A stretch of 64,000 nt of DNA from Candidatus Baldrarchaeum yapensis (GTDB lineage: Archaea; Asgardarchaeota; Baldrarchaeia; Baldrarchaeales; Baldrarchaeaceae), in contig JAEOSH010000002.1 in assembly GCA_016840465.1 (NCBI GenBank), positions 36,782 through 100,781 of the forward strand, written 5' to 3'. Made by a program: the position numbers and the translations under genes. Each line of letters begins with the position of its first letter. Position 1 is the stretch's first letter. The notes under the pieces were generated by a model. The model was not told the origin of the DNA and searched no databases. It worked only from the letters and a program-made list of their open reading frames with translations. Shown piece by piece: positions 10,193 through 20,365 of the stretch.

Positions 10193-10845
10193 GCGTTTTC
10201 ACGCTCCATAAGTTTGTTTGCCTTTTCTAATATTTTTGAAGTTTTTGCCAGCGGGGAGTCGTCCCATACATCAAGTCTCACTATTTCTGTGACAATTCCC
10301 CGTTTTTTGAGATTCTTTCTCAGGACTTCTTCGTCAACCTTTTGATCTCTGCCCAACGCTATGATGTCTGGTTTTATTTTCTCGATGGGGGTTAAAATGT
10401 CGTCTTCAGATCCGAGTATTGCGATATCTACGGGCTTTAGTGATTCGACTACCTGTCTTCTTTGCTCTTCCGGAACCACCGGTGGTCTTGATTTTAAACG
10501 TAAAACGTTCTTGTCCCGAGCGACGATTACGATTAAGACATCGCCTAACTCCTTAGCGGCCTTTAATGTTCTTATATGGCCTGTATGAATTATGTCAAAT
10601 GTACCTGCAGTCACTATGACTTTTATAAGGGAGCGTCCCTTCTCTGTTACTATGAATTCTCGGTTATTGTCGTTAGATACGGGTTTCACGAGTCCGTACT
10701 TATATGCTCTTTCCAAGGCATTACGTATGCTATTTTCATCGATGTCCATAATCTTTAACAACTCTTCTACCGAAAATCGCCCTTTCTTGAATTGCAACAC
10801 AAAGGCCCACTTTAGTATTTTCTTAAGGAGCATATCTGTCCTCAT
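10189..10845 (-). CDS. ribL: FAD synthase (archaeal RibL-type cytidylyltransferase) with N-terminal wHTH extension
   Basis: VVTAGTFDIIHTGHIRTLKAAKELGDVLIVIVARD...PEEQRRQVVESLKPVD...KPDIIALG closely parallels MJ1179 RibL; the first 75 aa form a wHTH. Confidence 0.7.
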   Translation of the reverse strand: MRTDMLLKKILKWAFVLQFKKGRFSVEELLKIMDIDENSIRNALERAYKYGLVKPVSNDNNREFIVTEKGRSLIKVIVTAGTFDIIHTGHIRTLKAAKELGDVLIVIVARDKNVLRLKSRPPVVPEEQRRQVVESLKPVDIAILGSEDDILTPIEKIKPDIIALGRDQKVDEEVLRKNLKKRGIVTEIVRLDVWDDSPLAKTSKILEKANKLMERENA

Positions 10846-10930
10846 TAACCTATCATCTCTTCCTATGCGTACATTATCATATAGATGGCATGCTCTTTAT
10901 ACCTAAGGATCACCATTAACACATAGCATA

Positions 10931-11521
10931 TTACTTTATGCCGAGAAACCATCTAGCAAACTTTTCTGCCGCTCTTGCTCTGTGGGAAAGCTTATTCTTT
11001 TCATGTAAGATCATTTCTCCGAAAGTTCGACCATCACCCTCTTCTGGGCAAAAAATGGGATCGTAGCCAAATCCGTGAGATCCTCTAATTTCCTCCGAAA
11101 TGACTCCGTACACGTACCCATCGAATGTGATAGGGTTATTACCTGGCTCGCAATATGCAATCACACTTTTAAAATATGCCCGCCGATTTTTTACTCCCTT
11201 TAGGAGTTTTAGTATGCCCTCATTTCCTATAGTTTTAAATACGTATGAGGAATAAGGACCAGGGAATCCCTTTAATTCCTCTATGAACAGTCCAGCGTCT
11301 TCCACTATGACCGGGACACCATACTCGTTTGCCGCGACTCTTGCAGAGAAACTTGCAATCGTTTCGAGGTCATCTGCCTGTATTTCAATTATCTTGCTCT
11401 TAAGCCACTCGACATTTATTCCGAATCTTGATAAAATCTCCCTTAACTCCATAAATTTATGCTTATTTCCGGTGGCAACATGTAATTTCCTTTTATCCTT
11501 GTCTTTTGCGTTCTTTAACAT
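10931..11521 (-). CDS. Non-canonical purine NTP pyrophosphatase (Ham1/ITPase family)
   Basis: LHVATGNKHKFMELREIL start and downstream FGYDPIF motif. Confidence 0.8.
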   Translation of the reverse strand: MLKNAKDKDKRKLHVATGNKHKFMELREILSRFGINVEWLKSKIIEIQADDLETIASFSARVAANEYGVPVIVEDAGLFIEELKGFPGPYSSYVFKTIGNEGILKLLKGVKNRRAYFKSVIAYCEPGNNPITFDGYVYGVISEEIRGSHGFGYDPIFCPEEGDGRTFGEMILHEKNKLSHRARAAEKFARWFLGIK

Positions 11522-12140
11522 ATCTTCCCCTCCTTCTTATCTCCTCAACCCTTTCTAGAACCTCTTTTCCGGCACTCTCTCCCACAATTTCGAAATATCC
11601 TTCCATGATCCACTTAAAGTACAGATCATCCTTCTCGTAATGGGTACTTTCCAATGCACGGCGCATGAGGTGTATATCCACGGCCCGATCCTCCAGTTCT
11701 TTCGAATACTCCGCCAATCCGAAGTCTATGAACACTATTCTTCCATCAGGGGAGAGTATCATATTAGAGGTTGTTAGATCACCGTGTATTATCCCGTTGT
11801 TATGAAGTTTTCCTACAAGTCTGCCGATTTCCCTGCATATTTCTCGTGCCCTATCTTCTGAAAGTTTATCAAGAATGTCCTTGAGAACTTGACCCTCTAT
11901 ACGTTCCATGATTATAGATCCGCTTTCGAGATCTATGAAGTAGAGGGCCGGGGTTGGAACTCCCGCCTTCTTTGCATCAAGGAGTATGCGCGCTTCATGT
12001 CGAGTTCTCGACATTCTTAATTTCATGTCGAGTTCAGGGATACGATATCTTTTAGGTATGCGCATTTTCCTTATCGCGTCAAATCCGTACCATTCTTCTC
12101 TGATAATCCAGGCCTCCGCGCCCTTCTTTATGATCTCCAT
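11493..12140 (-). CDS. bud32: KEOPS complex Bud32 protein kinase (Kae1-associated kinase)
   Basis: Small atypical kinase of 215 aa; catalytic HGDLTTSNMIL and DFGLA motifs. Confidence 0.8.
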   Translation of the reverse strand: MEIIKKGAEAWIIREEWYGFDAIRKMRIPKRYRIPELDMKLRMSRTRHEARILLDAKKAGVPTPALYFIDLESGSIIMERIEGQVLKDILDKLSEDRAREICREIGRLVGKLHNNGIIHGDLTTSNMILSPDGRIVFIDFGLAEYSKELEDRAVDIHLMRRALESTHYEKDDLYFKWIMEGYFEIVGESAGKEVLERVEEIRRRGRYVKERKRQG

Positions 12141-12267
12141 GATGTTTCACTCCATAGAAATCCTTTATAGATCGTATCCTTAAAACCTATAGCAACTGCT
12201 TAAGCGTAACTATTCCGGGTGCTCGAGAAGGTCTTTCATTCCAAAGAAGATAACGGAGGTATAGGAT

Positions 12268-12465
12268 TTGAGTTCAAAGAAAAAGAAGAAGCTAGAGATT
12301 GCTATTTACAAATACTATGAGGTAGTGAACGGAAAACTTGTGAGAAAAAGGAAGTTCTGCCCTAGATGTGGGCCGGGTGTTTACCTTGCGGATCACCCAG
12401 ACAGATACGCATGTGGAAAATGCGGATATACAGAATTCAAAAAGCAGCCAGAAAAACGCAGTTAG
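12268..12465 (+). CDS. rps27ae: Ribosomal protein S27ae
   Basis: Zinc ribbon [27 protein letters not shown]; TTG start with GGAGGT about 10 nt upstream. Confidence 0.85.
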   Translation: MSSKKKKKLEIAIYKYYEVVNGKLVRKRKFCPRCGPGVYLADHPDRYACGKCGYTEFKKQPEKRS

Positions 12466-12467
12466 GA

Positions 12468-12776
12468 TTACTCTTTCTCTTTCGTCTCCTCAGGCAGTTT
12501 ATTCCTCTCAATTATGTATTTTGGCTCTATTGCTAGTGCATCCTCCTTCGTGTTATATATGTGTATGACTCCTCGCGTCCTTGCTATACCAAATTCCGAT
12601 AGCAAACTCTTGACATAAACCCTATCTATATCTGCCGCATACATTGCTGCTATTTTCTTTCTTATTTCTACCCTTCTAGGAGTCCCCTGTCCGGGGTGTT
12701 CTATTATTACTTCTATTTCCTTCCTATGCAATAACGGGTTATCTCTCTCCTTCACAACCTTTATTTCTAAAGACAT
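12468..12776 (-). CDS. rps24e: Ribosomal protein S24e
   Basis: VVKERDNPLLHRKEIEV...TRGVIHIYNTKEDA. Confidence 0.85.
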   Translation of the reverse strand: MSLEIKVVKERDNPLLHRKEIEVIIEHPGQGTPRRVEIRKKIAAMYAADIDRVYVKSLLSEFGIARTRGVIHIYNTKEDALAIEPKYIIERNKLPEETKEKE

Positions 12777-13311
12777 GCGTAGGTCCCTCCATTCGTGATA
12801 TTATATCTAAAGCCTTCTTCTTGATATCCTCATTTACCTTTATCACCACGAGACCCTCATTTGGTTGTCCATATATTATAACTGCCCCAAGCGGGGCATG
12901 TATTACTGCAGGAAGGGTTAATAAGTCCTCCTCTCCTTCCACAAATATCCTGATGCGTTGACCGGAGTTAATTGCTCTCTTTATGGCAAGCCACGCATCC
13001 AAAGTTATCGTACCCGCTGGATTTTTTGTCTTTATATCAATGGCATCACATACCCTTGGGCTTTGATATTCCTTTCTAAGAGTCTTCATATCCACTATGG
13101 AAACATCCGGAACGAGTCCCACATCGAGTAATGACTCTGTAACCACATCACCTACGGCTACTATTAGGTTTGGCGAAAAGCTTTTTATTATTTTTACAGC
13201 CTCAATTGTCGATTTTGGATGTTTGCCACGGATCAGTATTCCGATTGGCTTCTTTAGTTCATCACGCAGAGATTCCGGCAACACTAGGCGTTCGCTTTCT
13301 TCACTCATCAT
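12739..13311 (-). CDS. DUF359 protein (probable GTP-dependent dephospho-CoA kinase)
   Basis: LIVAVGDVVTESLL core; conserved archaeal neighbourhood DUF359-S24e-S27ae. Confidence 0.55.
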   Translation of the reverse strand: MMSEESERLVLPESLRDELKKPIGILIRGKHPKSTIEAVKIIKSFSPNLIVAVGDVVTESLLDVGLVPDVSIVDMKTLRKEYQSPRVCDAIDIKTKNPAGTITLDAWLAIKRAINSGQRIRIFVEGEEDLLTLPAVIHAPLGAVIIYGQPNEGLVVIKVNEDIKKKALDIISRMEGPTHVFRNKGCEGER

Positions 13312-13496
13312 CTTACCCTCAAGGCATATCTCCCTTCCTTATTTATTTTCAGCCTTTTCGCAATTTCAGAGTTTTCTGGATCGATTATGATAACTATACC
13401 TGAGAAATTTGCGGAAAGATTTCTGGAGCCGCATTTTGGACAAACATCTTTTCCTCTAACTATAAAGTGGCATTTTTTGCATGCTTTTTCCTTCAA
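13308..13496 (-). CDS. spt4: Transcription elongation factor Spt4 (RNAP subunit E'')
   Basis: 62 aa; zinc ribbon CKKCHFIV...CPKCGS. Confidence 0.8.
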   Translation of the reverse strand: MKEKACKKCHFIVRGKDVCPKCGSRNLSANFSGIVIIIDPENSEIAKRLKINKEGRYALRVR

Positions 13497-14063
13497 TTAC
13501 TCTCCCTCTTTACGTTCTTCTATTCTTTTAACTTCCTCTTTTATCCACTCCAGCTTTCCTAGGAAGGGTTGACGCATGGTTAGACCTATTCTCCCACCTT
13601 TACCTCCCTTCAGGCTTATGGCTGTTATTCTAGCTCTAACTCTATCTCCTTCCGATAGAACTCTCCCGGACTCCTTTCCGAGGAGAGATGAACGTTTCGG
13701 ATCATATGATATGAAATCATCCGTTATTTGGCTGATATGGCATAATCCGTCCATGGGACCTAAGCGCACGAAAACGCCAAAACTGACTACCTCTATGACC
13801 TCACCCTCGATAACTTCGTACATTTCGGGCTTAAACGTCAAGGCTTCAAATACAACTTCATGGTATGTGGCGCCATCACCCGGAATTATCTTCCCCAGCC
13901 CGACCTCGTCAACTTTTAGAACCATTATGACAAACCCGAGTTCTGAATCTAGGGTTCCCTCGTATTTTTCCTTAAGCGCGGAAAGAGCCGCCTCGTCGAT
14001 GGGTTTATTGAGAAGGTTCGGTGGAATCCGCACAATATCTTTAACCTTAACCAATTTGTACAT
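13497..14063 (-). CDS. rpoE: DNA-directed RNA polymerase subunit E' (Rpo7) with S1 domain
   Basis: MYKLVKVKDIVRIPP...GEVIEVVSFGVFVRLGPMDGLCHISQI. Confidence 0.85.
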   Translation of the reverse strand: MYKLVKVKDIVRIPPNLLNKPIDEAALSALKEKYEGTLDSELGFVIMVLKVDEVGLGKIIPGDGATYHEVVFEALTFKPEMYEVIEGEVIEVVSFGVFVRLGPMDGLCHISQITDDFISYDPKRSSLLGKESGRVLSEGDRVRARITAISLKGGKGGRIGLTMRQPFLGKLEWIKEEVKRIEERKEGE

Positions 14064-14096
14064 AACCGCACCTCCGGTTTTCTCAATAGAGTCTCT

Positions 14097-14525
14097 CTAT
14101 ATGATGGTTCCCTCCAGTTCGAAATGCGATAATTGTCTGAGAAAGATTACGGGAACACCATTTTTTCGAAGTTCTCTTCTTAACTTGTTATCGCAGGTCG
14201 CAACGCACCATTTATACTTTTTGGCGGTTTTTAATATTGTCTCATCGACCGTCTTGCCTCGACATTCGTCCGGAACCTTAATAAGCTTGTACTTCCTCGC
14301 AAGCGCAAGCGCAAAAGACGCCTCTCTTTTTGTTTTAGGAGACGCCGTTTGGCGCAGTTTCTCCAATTCTTCCAGTATGCAGTCCAATATTACAGGTTCA
14401 AACGCTCGCTCAACTACACGTGCTATTTCATGTTCTAGATTTATGTGCATTTTGGACGGAAGCATTAACATATTCGTATCCAGTATAACACCTACCTTTT
14501 GAGACCTTTCACTTGATGATCCCAT
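14097..14525 (-). CDS. PIN-domain protein (conserved partner of eIF2gamma/Rpo7 cluster)
   Basis: ILDTNMLM acidic PIN motif; conserved position between rpoE' and eIF2gamma. Confidence 0.65.
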   Translation of the reverse strand: MGSSSERSQKVGVILDTNMLMLPSKMHINLEHEIARVVERAFEPVILDCILEELEKLRQTASPKTKREASFALALARKYKLIKVPDECRGKTVDETILKTAKKYKWCVATCDNKLRRELRKNGVPVIFLRQLSHFELEGTII

Positions 14526-15771
14526 ACCCTATTAGCCTCCATCGTCCGCTTATTTGCCTACTTATTGCAACTCTTGCTCCCTCCTCTGCACATACTGGTC
14601 TTCTGAGCACCACCTCGATTTCATCTCCCCTCACAGAAGTAACAGTACCGACGGTCGCAGCAGTTCCGACGTTAAGCATCAAGTTCTCTCTCACTCTTAT
14701 TTTCTCAACTTTTTTCATGTCTGCTGTTCCAACCGCGCGCTCAAGCAGGCGGGCCTCCAATATTAACGTATCCAGAACTGGTGGCAATGTACCCGGTTTT
14801 CCAGCAACGTTTCCGACCATTCCATCAGCTTTTGTTAATGAGGGATCTAAAGTCGTTTCTATGCCTATTAATCCCCCTGGTCCTGCTTCTTTTAATGGTA
14901 TATTCCCCCCAGCCATCAAGTTTACGACTTCCGTAAATATTGGCTCATACACATTCCTCTTCACTGGTAATCCTGGCCTTATCTCAACTTCGTCTCCTAA
15001 TCTGATTTTTCCTTGAATTATCGTTCCGCCCAGAACTCCTCCCTTCAGTTTATCAGGTCTCGTACCGGGCTTATTGATATCGAAAGATCTTGCAACGTAG
15101 AATCGTGCTGGTTTTGAGAAATCGCGTGTTGGCGTTGGTATGAACTCCTCAATTGCCTGTACAACTACATCTATATTGGCACCAAATACTGCCGACGTTG
15201 GTATAATGGGAGCGTCTTCTGCGACGGTTCCCTCAACGAATTTTTTTATTTGCTCATAGTTCTTTATTGCTTCCTCCTTCGACACTAGTTCCACTTTATT
15301 TTGAACTATAATTATATTCTTAACGCCAATTATTTGGAGAGCAACAAAATGTTCCCTTGTTTGCGGTTGGGGACATGGTTCATTTGCCGCAATGACGAGG
15401 ATGGCTCCATCCATGATAGCTGCTCCGGATAACATCGTTGCCATTAATATCTCGTGACCTGGACTGTCAACAAACGATATCCTTCGAAGAACCTGAAGTT
15501 TTTCACCGCAGTGGGGGCATGTGTCTCCCTTTGCCATAAATGTCGTCATATAACATTGAGGTGGGGGACAATTCGGGCATTTCCTTATTGTGGCATCCGC
15601 GTATCCAAGTTTTATTGATATTCCACGACGAATTTCCTCACTATGCCTGTCAGTCCATTCACCGGACAAAGCCTGCACTAGGGTTGTCTTCCCGTGATCT
15701 ACATGCCCTACAACTCCTATATTTATTTCACTTTGGCGTTTTTCGTCTTCCAGTATCAATTCACTCCTCAC
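14509..15771 (-). CDS. eif2g: Translation initiation factor 2 subunit gamma
   Basis: [20 protein letters not shown]-loop; zinc knuckle CPNCPPPQC...CPHCG; 420 aa. Confidence 0.9.
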   Translation of the reverse strand: MRSELILEDEKRQSEINIGVVGHVDHGKTTLVQALSGEWTDRHSEEIRRGISIKLGYADATIRKCPNCPPPQCYMTTFMAKGDTCPHCGEKLQVLRRISFVDSPGHEILMATMLSGAAIMDGAILVIAANEPCPQPQTREHFVALQIIGVKNIIIVQNKVELVSKEEAIKNYEQIKKFVEGTVAEDAPIIPTSAVFGANIDVVVQAIEEFIPTPTRDFSKPARFYVARSFDINKPGTRPDKLKGGVLGGTIIQGKIRLGDEVEIRPGLPVKRNVYEPIFTEVVNLMAGGNIPLKEAGPGGLIGIETTLDPSLTKADGMVGNVAGKPGTLPPVLDTLILEARLLERAVGTADMKKVEKIRVRENLMLNVGTAATVGTVTSVRGDEIEVVLRRPVCAEEGARVAISRQISGRWRLIGYGIIK

Positions 15772-16177
15772 CCTCCTCCTTTTCTTTTGTCGCGCCCACT
15801 AACTCCTCTATGGGCTTAGGACCTTCTTTTATGACTTTTACGTTTACCTGCACAATGTCCTCTGTAATGGTGTTTCCTCTAACAGTCTTCTTTCTCCGCT
15901 CGCCTTTTCTCTTAGGATGAAAGCCTGGCGGGCCAGAGAGTAATACTCTTCTCCTAACACCACCATGAATATCTGGTCTCATCGGAAAGCCATCTTTGTC
16001 CGTGCCACCACGGATCTCAAACTCGTAACCTGGGAAGCCAAGAGGATCTCCTGGGACGATATCGCCTATCTTCTTGCCTATGAGGACCCGACATTTACTT
16101 TCGTCTAGAGTCACTTGGTAAGCTCTTCCGGTTTTGGGTACTGAAATTACGAGTTTCATTTCCACCATTGTGATCAC
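15761..16177 (-). CDS. rps6e: Ribosomal protein S6e
   Basis: [16 protein letters not shown]...[18 protein letters not shown]. Confidence 0.85.
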   Translation of the reverse strand: MITMVEMKLVISVPKTGRAYQVTLDESKCRVLIGKKIGDIVPGDPLGFPGYEFEIRGGTDKDGFPMRPDIHGGVRRRVLLSGPPGFHPKRKGERRKKTVRGNTITEDIVQVNVKVIKEGPKPIEELVGATKEKEEGEE

Positions 16178-16193
16178 CTTCCTCCATCTGGCG

Positions 16194-17990
16194 TTATTTC
16201 CGAGAACTCCTTTTTATTTTCATTATCTCGTTGAGTAACTCCAGTTCTTCGGATGATAATTCCTCAGAGAACTTTAATTTTAACGTTCTGATGTGTGGCT
16301 CCGGCACGTCGACATAAATTATATCTCCTTCTTTTATGTGCCTACCGACTATGGCTTCCCTTATAGATATTGCAACTTCCATACCCGCGGTTGCTTCCCG
16401 AAGACTCTGACCTGCCTGTTGAATTTGCATTATTTGACCTATATATTTTCCACTTGATGTCATAAGGGGATACCTAGGTCGTATTCTTCCGACGAGTACC
16501 TTAACCCCCACGATTGCCGGCTTACTTCTCCTAAACACATAACCCGGCAGTATCATTATTTTTGCCGGCATTATTATCTTTTCTAATGTCAATTTCTTTT
16601 CTTCTTCTCGCTTCTTCGTAACCCAATTATCGTAATCCTCAAGTAGTTTGTAGATTATGTTGCTCCAAAATATTGGAATGTCATATTTTTTAGCTTCCTC
16701 TTCGGCGTCCGGCAAAATTTTTACGTTAAAAGCTAGTATTGCTGCTCGATATGGATCCTTTTCCATGACAACTACCGCTTCCATGACATCACGCTTTGAT
16801 ACATCGCCAATACCTGCAAGTCTTATTGGAACATCATGTCTCCGTAAGTAATTTACTAGCGCTTCTAGAGATCCCAAGGTATCCGCTTTTAAAACAACAC
16901 CAACCTTATCTGTCGAAATTATGATCTTCTTGACTTCCTTCTCAATCTCGTCAACTACGGATTGTAACTCTGATTCATCCCAGACCGCACGCATTGGAGA
17001 GCCAGCAACAGCGCCTTCGAGATTTGGAGCGACAAGTTTTACTCCTGCGGCTGCCACCACTTCATCTACCGGTGTGAACTTCTCACGAGGATCCCTTATT
17101 TCATCTAAAGGCTTTGGTAAAAGTATAGCACGAAGTTTTGTGACAATAGGTCCCTCTATTCCTCCTATTACGATGATATCATCCTTTCTCAGTACTCCAT
17201 CGTAGATTATCGCATTCACTGTTAAACCGAGTCCGAGTTCTTCCTTTACCTCGAGAATAACTCCTTTTGCCGGCCCTTCCTTAAATTCGAGTTGTTTTTT
17301 CATGTAGCGCTGAGTCAGACCGGCGAGTACAAGTAAAAGTTCAGGTATCCCCTCCCCCGTTTTTGCACTTGTTGGGACGATGGCAACTGTTTTTGAGAAA
17401 TCAGTAACTCTATCAAACCTTTCAGCGCTGAACCCGACGGCACTCAAGGACCCGACTATTTGGTATATTTTTTCGTCTAAGTACCTCCTGACGGCTGGAT
17501 CTTGCAGTTTTATTGATTCTGTAAAGTATTGTGTGGGTCCGGGTCTCCACCCGGGGATCCTGTCTATTTTGTTTGCGGCAACTAAAAATGGAACTCGCCT
17601 TTCCTTCAAGATGTCTATGCATTCCCATGTTTGAGCTTGGAATCCCTCCATTATATCAACTACTAGTATTGCGAAGTCTGCAGCGGCTCCGCCCCTAACT
17701 CTAAGGTTGTAAAATGCCTCATGCCCTGGAGTATCTATGACTAGGATTCCTGGGATTGTCAACTTCACTTTATACATTTCCATGAGTTTGCCACAAATTT
17801 TCTCAATTACGGGGGATGGAAAGAAGGATGCACCAATGTGCTGGGTCTAGCATCAGGCCGTGGAAAACGGCCTGATTATGCCCCCAGCCTCTCTTTGTTG
17901 GACGGCCGTCCCACGGATTTTATCAAGCAATGAGGTCTTTCCATGATCTATATGTCCCAAAACAACGCATATGGGCTGCCTTAGACGCAT
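16194..17990 (-). CDS. infB: Translation initiation factor aIF5B (IF-2) with an internal 30-nt non-coding insert; coding parts 17877-17990 and 16194-17846
   Basis: Exon 1 (38 codons) [38 protein letters not shown] ends at 17877. A 30-nt insert (17847-17876) with in-frame TGA and TAG follows. The frame then resumes [10 protein letters not shown]...DTPGHEAF (G2/G3 motifs). GGTGAGGTGATC sits upstream of ATG 17988-17990. The ORF track shows only the downstream 529 aa. Confidence 0.8.
17847..17876 (-). other. Candidate bulge-helix-bulge (BHB) intron inside infB (30 nt)
   Basis: Sense RNA: GCUGGG-GGCA-[UAA]-UCAGGCCG-uuuucca-CGGCCUGA-UGCU-[AGA]-CCCAGC. Outer helix 6 bp, central helix 4 bp (GGCA:UGCU with one G-U), two 3-nt bulges, inner hairpin 8 bp. 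Cutting after the 2nd nt of each bulge removes exactly 30 nt and restores ...GGI|TQHIGA. Confidence 0.6.
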
Positions 17991-18081
17991 AAGATCACCT
18001 CACCAATTAGCGTTAAGAAAACAAAGAGTACTTAGGCAAGCAAAAATATTTTTGGCTTAGGAAAAGAAGAAGAAATGACGT

Positions 18082-18534
18082 TTAATAAACCATTCTATCA
18101 CTGCATCTCTCATACTCGTATAGTTCATCATCGCTAAAGAATATTGACATTTCGTACTTTGCTCTCTCTACAGAGTCTGCAGCGTGAATTATGTTCTTCG
18201 TTAGATTTAGTCCAAAGTCCCCCCTTATAGTGCCGGGGCTTGCCTCTCTAGGATTTGTCGCTCCAATAAGTCTTCTAACGACCGATACTGCCTCCTCGCC
18301 TTCTATGACCATCGCAACTACGGGACCTGAAGTAACAAATGAAACTAACTCATCGAAGAAATGCTTACCCTTATGTATATCGTAAAGACGTTCGGCTCTC
18401 TCTTTATCCAGCCAAACCATTTTGAGAGCTACTACCTTAAGACCCTTGCGCTCGATTCTTGAAATTATCTCCCCTATGAGACCTCGTTGTACACCGTCAG
18501 GCTTTATCATTACAAAGGTTCTTTGTATTGCCAT
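18082..18534 (-). CDS. ndk: Nucleoside diphosphate kinase
   Basis: [24 protein letters not shown]...NIIHAADS. Confidence 0.9.
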   Translation of the reverse strand: MAIQRTFVMIKPDGVQRGLIGEIISRIERKGLKVVALKMVWLDKERAERLYDIHKGKHFFDELVSFVTSGPVVAMVIEGEEAVSVVRRLIGATNPREASPGTIRGDFGLNLTKNIIHAADSVERAKYEMSIFFSDDELYEYERCSDRMVY

Positions 18535-18538
18535 TTAT

Positions 18539-18745
18539 TCACCCTCGTTTCTTCTCCTGTTCCCTTCCTCTCCAGAACTTCGTCCATTTGAATTTTCTAG
18601 GGTCTCTGCCCATCTCTATCATGGATATCCTACATTTGCTACTGCAGAACCAGAGAACCCTGCCATCATTTTTTACGTACATCATCCCTGTCCCAGGCTC
18701 TATTTCCTTTCCACAGAATGAACATTTTTGCCCACGTAACATCAC
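18539..18745 (-). CDS. rpl24e: Ribosomal protein L24e
   Basis: [31 protein letters not shown]. Confidence 0.85.
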   Translation of the reverse strand: MMLRGQKCSFCGKEIEPGTGMMYVKNDGRVLWFCSSKCRISMIEMGRDPRKFKWTKFWRGREQEKKRG

Positions 18746-18772
18746 GATTACCTCTTAGCCTCGCTACTCAGT

Positions 18773-18988
18773 TCACCTTACTGTGATCTTTCGTGCTTCA
18801 CGTTCGGTTTCTCTTAACATTAATATATCGCCAAGTCTAACCGGACCCTTCACATTCCGGGTGAGAATCCTACCTTTATCCTTTCCTTCTAATATCCTTA
18901 CACGTACCTGTATGACCTCACCAGCAACTCCCGTTCTTCCGATGATTTGTATTACTTCCGCTGGCGTTCCTCTGTCCTCGCTGCTCAT
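18773..18988 (-). CDS. rps28e: Ribosomal protein S28e
   Basis: [27 protein letters not shown]. Confidence 0.85.
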   Translation of the reverse strand: MSSEDRGTPAEVIQIIGRTGVAGEVIQVRVRILEGKDKGRILTRNVKGPVRLGDILMLRETEREARKITVR

Positions 18989-19007
18989 GAAATACCACCT
19001 ACTTCTC

Positions 19008-19379
19008 CTACTTCTTCAGCTCTTTTAATTTTCTTATTATGTCCTCTACGAGTTCTTTCGCATCTCCCGGATCTATTATGCACGCAGATGCTGCCTTTAC
19101 ATCTATGCCCGCAGCGGCACCCAGCCTTTCCTTACTTGGCACGTAGATATATGGGATGTTCTTTTCCTCAGCTAGTGGTGGGAGATGCATGACTATTTCA
19201 GGAGGATCTACATCCTCCGCTATCAGTACAAGTTTTGCCTGACCTCTTTCTATAGCTTTTGTTGTCTCATTAGTCCCCTTCTTTATCTTACCCGTGTTTC
19301 TTGCTATTTCAAGCGCCTGATACGCCTTTTCTGCAAGTTCCTTCGGGACCTCAAATTTTACATATGGGGGTTTTGCCAT
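19008..19379 (-). CDS. rpl7ae: Ribosomal protein L7Ae (K-turn binding)
   Basis: [59 protein letters not shown]. Confidence 0.9.
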   Translation of the reverse strand: MAKPPYVKFEVPKELAEKAYQALEIARNTGKIKKGTNETTKAIERGQAKLVLIAEDVDPPEIVMHLPPLAEEKNIPYIYVPSKERLGAAAGIDVKAASACIIDPGDAKELVEDIIRKLKELKK

Positions 19380-19549
19380 TTTCTTCCTCCCTCCGGCGCC
19401 TTATGCCTTCATGAGTCAGCAGTGAAAAAAGGTAATCCATTAGTGTTTAAGAAAATTTCGTTGAGTGAACAGAATTTCGCATTTAATAGGTTCAAACTGA
19501 GGAAAAACTCTCCCTCTCTTCTTACCTTCACGTATTTAACTGATAGTTA

Positions 19550-20338
19550 TCAGATGATTATACGTGTGCCTTTAACACTTTCTCCGATCAATGCCTTTCT
19601 CAACAGGTCCGGTACGCCTCCATTTATGATTAACACCTCTTTGCATGATGTTCCTTTCAGTAACATGAGCGATTGTAACTTCCCAATGATCCCACCAGTT
19701 GCGTCACTCGGCTCCTGTCTTAGCAGTTTTACTAGGTCTCTAAGTTCATCAATTGAAATATTATCTATTAAGATCCGGCGCCTCTCGTCTTCCTTATACA
19801 AAAATATACCATCAACATCTGTCACAAAGATCGCTCGCTTGATGTTAAGATCTCTTACCACATTTACTAAGATTTTATCGCCAGATATTATCGAGAAACC
19901 ATATGATACGTCTAAAACGACATCACCAAATAGTACGGGCGTTAGTCCCATCTCTAACACACGCTTAATAACTGTGACATCAAAGTAGGTAACTTCGCCT
20001 TTGTCCATTACAACAAACGACGATGGTTGCAACGAAAAAACATTAATTCCAGCATTTTCCAACGCTTTGACGACAATATCGTTAAGAATCAGCATCGCCT
20101 TACGAACTTCATGAACCATGCCACTCCATTCTTTCCCTTTCACTATTTTTTCGGCTAATTGATATTTGATTGCAAGAGGATGACCAAATGATCCTCCGCC
20201 ATGTATCACAATTACCCTCTTACCAGATTCTGCAAGTTCGGAACAAAGTCTTTCAAGGACTTCTTTGTTTACGCTCCACGGCTTCCTTTTATTAGTTATT
20301 ATACTTCCACCGAGTTTTACTGCTATGATGTCCTTCAA
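19550..20338 (-). CDS. ipk: Isopentenyl phosphate kinase (amino-acid kinase family)
   Basis: IIAVKLGGSIITNK...VIVIHGGGSFGH...LQPSSFVV...VTDVDGIF parallels MJ0044 IPK. Confidence 0.8.
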   Translation of the reverse strand: MKDIIAVKLGGSIITNKRKPWSVNKEVLERLCSELAESGKRVIVIHGGGSFGHPLAIKYQLAEKIVKGKEWSGMVHEVRKAMLILNDIVVKALENAGINVFSLQPSSFVVMDKGEVTYFDVTVIKRVLEMGLTPVLFGDVVLDVSYGFSIISGDKILVNVVRDLNIKRAIFVTDVDGIFLYKEDERRRILIDNISIDELRDLVKLLRQEPSDATGGIIGKLQSLMLLKGTSCKEVLIINGGVPDLLRKALIGESVKGTRIII

Positions 20339-20365
20339 GAAACTTCTCCCTAGTTTTTAGTTCTA

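Noticed and set aside
17847-17876. Reading the infB insert as a pseudogenising lesion, an intein remnant or programmed read-through
   Set aside because: - Too short for an intein (30 nt).
- Carries two different stop codons, so suppression is implausible.
- The gene is otherwise perfectly intact on both sides.
- The insert and flanks form a precise BHB whose cut sites restore the frame. That is too specific for a random lesion, although a palindromic assembly artefact cannot be fully excluded.
19540-19553. Perfect inverted repeat CTGATAG/TTATCAG spanning the IPK stop codon
   Set aside because: Possible terminator or protein site. It is only 6+6 bp, has no following T-tract, and overlaps coding sequence; insufficient evidence.
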